Assembly (NCBI GenBank): GCA_963704435.1
Contig: OY969902.1
Coordinates: forward strand, 90,001 to 122,000
Reading direction: 5' to 3'
DNA: 32,000 nt
Source: an uncultured archaeon
GTDB lineage: Archaea > Micrarchaeota > Micrarchaeia > Micrarchaeales > CABMGC01
Under the pieces are notes generated by a model, which was not told the origin of the DNA, did no database searches, and saw only the letters and a list, made by a program, of their open reading frames with translations. Below are positions 25,529-32,000 of this stretch, one piece after another (position 1 is the first letter of the stretch; each line of letters starts with the position of its first letter). A program made the translations under genes and the position numbers.

Positions 25529-26206
25529 CTACCTTACGTGCTCCAGGAACTGGACGGCGGCCCTTACCCCCCAGAAGAACTTGCTGCTGCCTCCCGCGAG
25601 CTTGGACTCGCCGTGCTCTCTGGGGTAGTACTTGATGTCGACCTCTCCCAGCCTGTCGCCCCTCTTGGCAGCCTCGGCTGCGAAGAACGCAGTGCCCGTG
25701 CTGTACGGCTCGACCCGGGACATATTGTCGAACGTGCTTTTCTTCATCACGAACAGACCGGTGAGGACGTCGTGCACCCTGGCGCCGTAGGCGGCGTCGA
25801 ATATCGCGCTGAGCGCCAGGTTCCCGAATCTGAGGTAGGGGCCCATAGAGCCCTCCTGGAGCTGGTTTAGCCTGTTTCCGAGCACGAAGTCCGCCCTGCC
25901 CGACTCCACCATCTTCACCGCCTCGGGCAGTCCGCCCACGTCGTGCGTGCCGTCCGCGTCTATGCTGGCGAGTATGTCGCCCTTCGCGCTCCTCATGCCC
26001 AGCATGATCGCGCGCGCGACCCCCTTGTCCTTCTGCCTTATGGCCCTGACTCCCGTCTTCTTGAGGCGCTCGTGGTACGCGCTGCTGCTCTTGTCCACGA
26101 CTATTATCTCGGTGCCGCTGCCCAGTTGCTCGTGGATCTCCCTGATGACCTTGAAGATGGTCACCTCCTCTATCGTTGGGATTATGACGCTTACCCTGTA
26201 CTTCAA
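25529..26206 (-). CDS. GT2-family glycosyltransferase (dolichol-phosphate mannosyltransferase-like)
   Basis: VSVIIPTIEEVTIFKVIREI, IIVVDKSS, GDILASIDADGTHD, VLGNRL. Confidence 0.88.
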   Translation of the reverse strand: MKYRVSVIIPTIEEVTIFKVIREIHEQLGSGTEIIVVDKSSSAYHERLKKTGVRAIRQKDKGVARAIMLGMRSAKGDILASIDADGTHDVGGLPEAVKMVESGRADFVLGNRLNQLQEGSMGPYLRFGNLALSAIFDAAYGARVHDVLTGLFVMKKSTFDNMSRVEPYSTGTAFFAAEAAKRGDRLGEVDIKYYPREHGESKLAGGSSKFFWGVRAAVQFLEHVR

Positions 26207-26261
26207 CCAAGCACCCGACTCAACAACATACGGATTCGGCGCTTTTAAACCCTTCCGCGGA

Positions 26262-27431
26262 TCAGATCCAGCCGGCCATCTGGAGGATTATCGTCACGCC
26301 CACCACGATGAGGAGAATCCCCGCTATCAGGCGCAGCTTCCTGGTGTTCTTCTCCCTGAATGCGTGCGCCCTCTCAACGCTGGTGAAGCTGGCGTAGACC
26401 AGCACGGTGATTATCAGCATCGGGAGCACGAAGAGCGCGTTGTAGTATGCCAGCCAGAGCGCTGCAGTGCCCAGCGGGAGGCTCTTCAGCAGGCTACCCG
26501 CCACGAAGTACGGGCCGGTTATGCACGGGAGCAGGAATGCCGTGACCAGAACGCCCGCGATGAACGCGGCGGGTATCGACACGAACCTGGTCATCGCCTT
26601 GTTGAGGTTTGGCTTCCAGCGCGTGGGCACCTTCAATATGAATCCCTTCTTTGAGAAGTAGTCGATGATGTTCAGCGCGCCGAGCACCAGCGTGAAGACC
26701 CCGAACGCGGCGTACACGTAGACGCTCTTCAGGTTGGACACCGCGAGCGCGGACTTTATCCCGAGGAGCAGCAGCACCCCTATCGCCAGGTAGAACACGA
26801 ATATGCCCAGCGCGAACGAGATTCCGCCGAGCAGTATTTTGTATCTCTTGTTCGGGTCCCTCATGAACAGCGTCGACAGGAAGAATATCAGCACCGCGAA
26901 CGCGCAGGGATTTATCGAGTCGACCAGCGCGAGCCCGGTAAGCTCGGCTATGCTGATTCCTCCGAGGCCTCCGAGGCCCGGGCTCGGCACAGGGGTGCCG
27001 CTAAGCGCGAAGGCCGCGACATTCTGAGAGAGGAATGCCTCGCACGGAGTGTCTCCCGCGCAGTACGTGCCGTTCACGAACAGTATCGGCACAGAGTCCC
27101 AGTACTGCTGCGAGACATTGTATCGCTGGAGGTAGCGGGACAGCAGGGACTGGTTCGTTATCGCGTCAAGGTAGGTGATCCGCAACTCGTACTTCGCGCT
27201 CAGGTTCGCCATGAATCCGTTGAGCGCCTCGCAGTGCGGGCATCCGGGCGCGTAGGCGAACACGATGTTTATGGGCTTTCCGTAGGTCCCGGTGGCGTTG
27301 ATGAACGTGATTCCTGTTCCGGTGGCGTTGAGGGAGCAGCTCCCGCTGGTGACATTGCATGTGGACGATGCGTTCGCGCACGCGATTATCATTACTGCCG
27401 CAAGCGCGAGCACCGCGATGCCGAACCTCAT
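26262..27431 (-). CDS. Thioredoxin-like domain fused to a CcdA/DsbD-like transmembrane domain
   Basis: Signal peptide, FAYAPGCPHCEALNGFM, then VDSINPCAFAVLIFFLSTLF and TAFLLPCITGPYFVAG in a multi-pass membrane domain. Confidence 0.85.
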   Translation of the reverse strand: MRFGIAVLALAAVMIIACANASSTCNVTSGSCSLNATGTGITFINATGTYGKPINIVFAYAPGCPHCEALNGFMANLSAKYELRITYLDAITNQSLLSRYLQRYNVSQQYWDSVPILFVNGTYCAGDTPCEAFLSQNVAAFALSGTPVPSPGLGGLGGISIAELTGLALVDSINPCAFAVLIFFLSTLFMRDPNKRYKILLGGISFALGIFVFYLAIGVLLLLGIKSALAVSNLKSVYVYAAFGVFTLVLGALNIIDYFSKKGFILKVPTRWKPNLNKAMTRFVSIPAAFIAGVLVTAFLLPCITGPYFVAGSLLKSLPLGTAALWLAYYNALFVLPMLIITVLVYASFTSVERAHAFREKNTRKLRLIAGILLIVVGVTIILQMAGWI

Positions 27432-27466
27432 ACTTCCAGCGGAGAAGCGCGATTCCATTCGGCCCA

Positions 27467-27748
27467 CTACTTCTTGTCGAGTATCTTTATGACGTGCCAG
27501 CCGAACTCGGTCTTCACGGGGCCGACCACAGTGCCCTTCTCCCCGTCGAACGCCGCCTTCTCGAACTCGCGGACCATCTGGCCCCTGGAGAACCACCCGA
27601 GGTCCCCTCCGTTCTTCTTGGACGGGCACTCGCTGAACTGCGCGGCCAGGGCAGAGAAGCTCTCCCCCGCCTTTATCCTCTCCATTATCTCCTTCGCCTT
27701 TGGCTCGCTCCTCACGAGTATGTGCGCAGCGTGCACTTTGGATACCAT
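27467..27748 (-). CDS. Parvulin-type peptidyl-prolyl cis-trans isomerase
   Basis: VHAAHILVRSEPKAKEIMERIKAGESFSALAAQFSECPSKKNGGDLGWFSRGQMVREFEKAAF...VKTEFGWHVIKILDKK. Confidence 0.93.
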   Translation of the reverse strand: MVSKVHAAHILVRSEPKAKEIMERIKAGESFSALAAQFSECPSKKNGGDLGWFSRGQMVREFEKAAFDGEKGTVVGPVKTEFGWHVIKILDKK

Positions 27749-27874
27749 GCTATCGCTATGTTGGTCTTCTTTAGGAATAAATAATGATACGTTGGGCCCA
27801 GCGAGAAATCGCACCGCTCCACTGCTCGGCAAAAACTTAAATACCCACAGAATACACAGTAAATCCGTGATTTC

Positions 27875-28753
27875 ATGGATAGATTCTCGAACCCTCCCGC
27901 ACTTCTTCGCGCCCGTGATCTGGTTGTGCCGCAGCCCTCCGACCTGAGGCTTAGCATCGAGAACAATCCCGAGTCGGGTGCGGAGATGATACCGCGCCTT
28001 CTGGAATCCGCGCTCATGTACGGCTGCAAGCAGGGGAGATTCAACCTGATGCTCGCTTCCGACGCGAAGGACAGGAAGCTCGAGGTCTTCTACCCTGCAG
28101 GGGGCACGCGTTTCATGGAGCCCGGATTGGCCAGGAACGTGTTCGCATACGTGTACGATACGATAGGCGGGGTCTACAAGGACCTGCCACAGGGGGCGAA
28201 GATAGGCTACCTGAACGAGATGGCGCGCATAATCGACAGGTATGAGCTCCGCGACGTGGAGGCCTACCACATGCACTGCATAGGCGACCCCTGCCTGTAC
28301 AGCGATTTCGTCGCCGTACGCCCGGACCGCGCGGTGCAGGGGCGCACTGAGATGTCTATGATAGAGCGCTACAAGGACTTCGCGGTCCTTAAGAGCATAC
28401 TGGTGCCGGAAGACGGGCACGCGTACGGGAAGAACGGCTTCCTGCTCGCGCGCGCTCTGCTGATGAGCAATAGGTTCGGGGAGGAATACGCAAGGCACAT
28501 GCTTGACGCGAATCCAGAGCACCTGAGGGAGGTGGTGAGGGCGATACTGAAGGTCGGCGCGCTGGGCGGGCTGCAGAACGATTCCGTGCAGGAGATCGAG
28601 AAGGCAAAACAGCACGTCTGCAGGTCCATATCGCCATTGCTCCATAACCTTGCGGGTGAAGTAGCGTCGTCAACGAACTGGCCGGAGTTCTTCGAGCTGG
28701 TTAAGTACGGGAGAGAGGTCTGGAAGAAACAGAGGCGCGACACGAGCATCTGA
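27875..28753 (+). CDS. Uncharacterised protein
   Basis: 292 aa ORF with coherent high-GC codon usage. Confidence 0.7.
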   Translation: MDRFSNPPALLRARDLVVPQPSDLRLSIENNPESGAEMIPRLLESALMYGCKQGRFNLMLASDAKDRKLEVFYPAGGTRFMEPGLARNVFAYVYDTIGGVYKDLPQGAKIGYLNEMARIIDRYELRDVEAYHMHCIGDPCLYSDFVAVRPDRAVQGRTEMSMIERYKDFAVLKSILVPEDGHAYGKNGFLLARALLMSNRFGEEYARHMLDANPEHLREVVRAILKVGALGGLQNDSVQEIEKAKQHVCRSISPLLHNLAGEVASSTNWPEFFELVKYGREVWKKQRRDTSI

Positions 28754-28797
28754 GCAGGTGGGCGCAACGGCAATGGAAATAGGCGCGCAGTTTTGAA

Positions 28798-28843
28798 GCC
28801 AATGCTTAAGAACCCCGAAAAGCACAATTAATAGTGGGATGAA
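28798..28843 (+). promoter_or_regulatory. Shared upstream element, copy 1
   Basis: GCCAATGCTTAAGAACCCCGAAAAGCACAATTAATAGTGGGATGAA immediately before ATG 28844. Confidence 0.6.
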
Positions 28844-29407
28844 ATGATAGAAAAAGCTCTAACGTGCCAGGCTCCTCACGTAGTGGAGAGGGAAATTATC
28901 TTATTGAGCTTTGATTACGGGATGAAGGTCTACAAGTTCGACACGATACCGCCCGGAATCGATGTAAAGACCTACTTCGATGAAACAATATCTAGCTACT
29001 ACGGGACAATAATTCCGAATCATCTTTCCGGGGTAGGGTTCGTATACGGCTTCACCATAGGGGATAAGCCCGTGATAGGCATGGATATCATGTCGCTGAG
29101 GCAGACGAAATCGGATCTGAAGGGGAATCAGATGGTGGATTCCTGGGAAGTCGAAAACGGCAAATTGATACTAAGCCCGCAAGGCATAGCGTGCGAGGCA
29201 GAAGTCCTCATACTTGCTGAAGAAATAAGGGTGCGAAAGCAATCCGATGGCACGTATGGATGGCTGGCGGAGTGGCCTGACATCGGAGCGCTCGCTGCCT
29301 TGAATATGAAAGACGCTACAAACAGCGCGACCCTGGACTGGCTCAATGCAAGAAAGAAGGAGGAAGCGAAGTTGATCGCTACGTTGTATAGGAAACCAGA
29401 AAAATAA
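28844..29407 (+). CDS. Uncharacterised protein
   Basis: 187 aa ORF preceded by the shared upstream element. Confidence 0.65.
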   Translation: MIEKALTCQAPHVVEREIILLSFDYGMKVYKFDTIPPGIDVKTYFDETISSYYGTIIPNHLSGVGFVYGFTIGDKPVIGMDIMSLRQTKSDLKGNQMVDSWEVENGKLILSPQGIACEAEVLILAEEIRVRKQSDGTYGWLAEWPDIGALAALNMKDATNSATLDWLNARKKEEAKLIATLYRKPEK

Positions 29408-29419
29408 GAGAGTGGGAAT

Positions 29420-29914
29420 ATGAGCTTCGAGCTAGTAAGAGGGCAAACAGGCACAGAGACGAACAGTAACGGAGGCGTATCGCAGACAGGTGCGCTGCAG
29501 CGGATTGCGACTCCATTCGAGAATGTGGTCTGTTTTGTGCGCGGAAGGCGAACCGAACTCGAAATGCTCAACAGGTCCGAAACAGATGAGACCGAAGGAA
29601 GCAAGTGGATTCAGAACGTGTACGCCATAGAGGAAAAGCTCCGCACCGCGATGATTAAGAAGGAACTTGCGGTAATGGGCACTTTCGGAGGTCCTCTGAT
29701 TGCGGGAGGTGGAGCAGTCATCGCATTGTCGGACCCTCATAATGCCGTAGTGCTAGCCCCTCTAGTCATCATGACGGCGGTAGGTATCGGCCTTTTCGAG
29801 TGCAGCACACAGAAGGTGACGAACTTGTCTGCTGAAATCGCAAGCCTTGCCGGAGAACTGAGGAAGGAGTATGCGGGAGTCCTTGAAGTCTTTGACATCG
29901 CGAACAGATTGTGA
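29420..29914 (+). CDS. Uncharacterised protein with two hydrophobic helices
   Basis: LAVMGTFGGPLIAGGGAVIAL and AVVLAPLVIMTAVGIGLF; 12 nt after the previous gene. Confidence 0.6.
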   Translation: MSFELVRGQTGTETNSNGGVSQTGALQRIATPFENVVCFVRGRRTELEMLNRSETDETEGSKWIQNVYAIEEKLRTAMIKKELAVMGTFGGPLIAGGGAVIALSDPHNAVVLAPLVIMTAVGIGLFECSTQKVTNLSAEIASLAGELRKEYAGVLEVFDIANRL

Positions 29915-29962
29915 AGCCCATCCAAGAAAGGCTGGTACGAGCGGATTTAACTCCAATGTTCA

Positions 29963-30541
29963 ATGAACGCAGAAACGAAGAGTGCTATTGTGACCGGACG
30001 CGAATTGAATATTAATGTGGGAGATGCGACGCTAAAGGTCAACGCATGTAGGCAGATGGACGTGGCGCTTGCACCAGTAATCCCCTTATCCATAGTGGTC
30101 AGAGCGCTTGCTGGAAGGAAGGGAGGGGCCAAAATTCCGGAGATGCTGGAGGCGCTGGATAGCCTTGGAAACATCAGATCGGTGAATATGCCGTCTGACG
30201 TGGGCGAGAGGAAAAAAATGATGTTCCGCCTCCTGGAGAATCTTAGGGCCGTACGCTACCAGGACGGCAGGTGGGAGCTCGGAGTGTGGGGGAAGAACGA
30301 GAGCAACAGAAACATAAAGGATGCCCACTACCTCAATCGCACGGCCATCGAGGAGATGCTCGCGCAGTTCGATGCGTGGTGGCGGCAGAACGAGCAGAAA
30401 CGCGAGTTGCTTATGCAGCCGGAAAGGGACAAGAAGCAGCAGTGCAAGCTGCTGCCGCTCAAGGCGAACTTGGATCACAGCCTTATACGTGGGCAGGCCA
30501 AGTTCGAGAAGCTTCTCGATGCTAAGAATGCTGAAAAATAA
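29963..30541 (+). CDS. Uncharacterised protein
   Basis: 192 aa ORF, coherent composition. Confidence 0.6.
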   Translation: MNAETKSAIVTGRELNINVGDATLKVNACRQMDVALAPVIPLSIVVRALAGRKGGAKIPEMLEALDSLGNIRSVNMPSDVGERKKMMFRLLENLRAVRYQDGRWELGVWGKNESNRNIKDAHYLNRTAIEEMLAQFDAWWRQNEQKRELLMQPERDKKQQCKLLPLKANLDHSLIRGQAKFEKLLDAKNAEK

Positions 30542-30561
30542 GATATTGCACAAATGACTGG

Positions 30562-31137
30562 ATGACTATGCAGAACGCCGATGGAAAGGGCAACGCAGGA
30601 ACCGCCGACCTGGCGCAGCTGGAAAGGGACGACCGCTTCGTCTATTACATATCGAACGTTGCGCCCGAGATTATTGCACGGGTGCCTTGGGAAAAGATGA
30701 CTCAGAGGGATCGCACGACCTTGAAGGGGGAGATGAAAGAGATTGGCTTCGAGCAGGACTATATCGCGATCAACGGCCATGCGCCGGCCTGGCCCAGGCC
30801 GACAAAGCGTGCGTATTCATTCAACAGGGTTTCTGAGGGTCTGGCGCAGCGTCTAGCTGAGTTGTGGGTGTTGAAGTCGAGCGCGGTCCGCGAGCTTTAC
30901 AAGGTGGACGACTCCGACCTGGTCAAGTGGGCCGACGCGTACAACACGACGGCTAGGCCGCTGGCCGAGGAGTACGACCACCTTCTCCCGAAGGATCCTG
31001 ATGGTTACCTGATCGGAAGGCCGGGGGAGTACCAGGCCGGGAGCGTGCTGAATGAGCTGCCGCCTTCTGCGGAGATAGTGATTCCCAAGCGCGCCGACGC
31101 CGGTGCCAAGCAGGTCCCCAGTAGAGTATTCAGGTGA
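30562..31137 (+). CDS. Uncharacterised protein
   Basis: 191 aa ORF in the same run. Confidence 0.6.
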   Translation: MTMQNADGKGNAGTADLAQLERDDRFVYYISNVAPEIIARVPWEKMTQRDRTTLKGEMKEIGFEQDYIAINGHAPAWPRPTKRAYSFNRVSEGLAQRLAELWVLKSSAVRELYKVDDSDLVKWADAYNTTARPLAEEYDHLLPKDPDGYLIGRPGEYQAGSVLNELPPSAEIVIPKRADAGAKQVPSRVFR

Positions 31138-31175
31138 CTGCACCTCCCGCCGGCATCTTCAAGGGCAAATTTAAC

Positions 31176-31221
31176 GCCAATGCTTAAGAACCTCGGAAGG
31201 CACAATTGACAGTAGGATAAA
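31176..31221 (+). promoter_or_regulatory. Shared upstream element, copy 2
   Basis: GCCAATGCTTAAGAACCTCGGAAGGCACAATTGACAGTAGGATAAA immediately before ATG 31222. Confidence 0.6.
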
Positions 31222-31662
31222 ATGAGCGTTGCGATATTCAATAAAGCTGCAGAGGGCTGCGTTGTCGAGATTCCTTCGAAGACCATCGAAACGCCAGCGG
31301 CTGCTGCAACATTGATCATGCCAAAAACCGCAGAAGCGGAAATATCCGACGGCACAGGCGCACTGAAGGCGGCACTCCAAAAAACAGAGGAAAAGACCGC
31401 GATAGAGATGCACAAAGAGGGCAAAACTACCAAGCACAGCAGGAATTGGAATGAAGAGGCCTGGAGACCGTCATACAGCTATATCGACGGGCTTGCAGTG
31501 ATAACGGCAGTCATCGCACTTGTCTATAGCGTCGAATACGCGGCCGCTTTCGCGGTCGGATGTGGAGTGACCATATTGGGATGGAGGTACTATAAAGGAC
31601 ACCAGAATGGCAAAAATGAAGCTATAAAGGCAGGCGAGCAGCCCGATGGCAAGTCCAAGTAA
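31222..31662 (+). CDS. Uncharacterised protein with a C-terminal membrane hairpin
   Basis: 146 aa; YIDGLAVITAVIALVYSVEYAAAFAVGCGVTILGWRYY. Confidence 0.6.
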   Translation: MSVAIFNKAAEGCVVEIPSKTIETPAAAATLIMPKTAEAEISDGTGALKAALQKTEEKTAIEMHKEGKTTKHSRNWNEEAWRPSYSYIDGLAVITAVIALVYSVEYAAAFAVGCGVTILGWRYYKGHQNGKNEAIKAGEQPDGKSK

Positions 31663-32000
31663 ATAGCGCCCGCACCGGCTTCCTGAGGTACGCGGTGCAC
31701 TGCGCGCGGCTGCTCTGAGCGCGCCGGGCGGAGAGGTTGATTCCCGCGCAGACAGAATAATGTTAGAAAAGCCCAGATAATTCTAGCAGAAGCAAATCTT
31801 CTCTTTATCTGCGTCCACGCGCCTGCTCGCTCCGACCTTACAAATTATCGATGAGAAATTTATCCGCTCTTTAATCGCAGATTAGGCGCTAATTCTGTCG
31901 TCGGAGCAGATGATTACCGGAATTTTCAACAGACGTTTTGAGTTATCATCAGCATGGTAATTTGGTCGCGAGTTCCATACCTATAGCAGGAAAAACGCCT

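Noticed and set aside
25482-26210. Minus-strand ORF 242 aa overlapping the GT2 glycosyltransferase in another frame
   Set aside because: Low-complexity Arg/Gly/Gln-rich translation; the 25529..26206 frame has clear GT2 motifs.
27749-28645. N-terminal 300 residues of ORF 27467..28645
   Set aside because: Antisense read-through of the 27875 gene; the genuine parvulin gene starts at ATG 27748.
31663-32000. Possible structured RNA at the window's right end
   Set aside because: Some GC-rich segments but no complete recognisable ncRNA fold, and the window ends before context can be assessed.

Overview
Archaeal chromosomal segment with high-GC housekeeping genes and compact gene spacing. Archaeal-type uL30 and uL15, aCPSF2-like beta-CASP proteins, a DRG-type GTPase, a Hef-like helicase and TATA-proximal start codons all point to an archaeon; a DPANN-like lineage is only an inference. 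Core content: hexapeptide-repeat protein, pyrF-like, pyrE, uL30, uL15, GT4 glycosyltransferase, two beta-CASP metallo-beta-lactamase paralogs (the first split by an apparent -1 frameshift), nucleotidyltransferase, tRNA-Gly(GCC), ASCH protein, DRG GTPase, IS200-type tnpA element, tRNA-Phe(GAA), Hef-like helicase, Fic protein, thioredoxin-like/DsbD-like proteins, GT2 glycosyltransferase, parvulin PPIase, and a run of uncharacterised small genes. The most interesting region is an AT-rich accessory island at about 6.55-11.45 kb, wedged between the two beta-CASP paralogs. It has a divergent five-gene layout: [uncharacterised Cys/His protein <- AbrB-like/wHTH/DUF488 fusion] <- four TTAGGCGCCTAA palindromes -> [SWIM zinc-finger DDE transposase-like -> beta-class DNA methyltransferase -> PD-(D/E)XK-like candidate restriction endonuclease]. 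Its ends carry GACTTWTTAAACA repeats and an 11-bp direct repeat CGGGCTTAATA. I read it as a candidate self-mobilising or domesticated restriction-modification/defence island; mobility and function are not demonstrated by the sequence.
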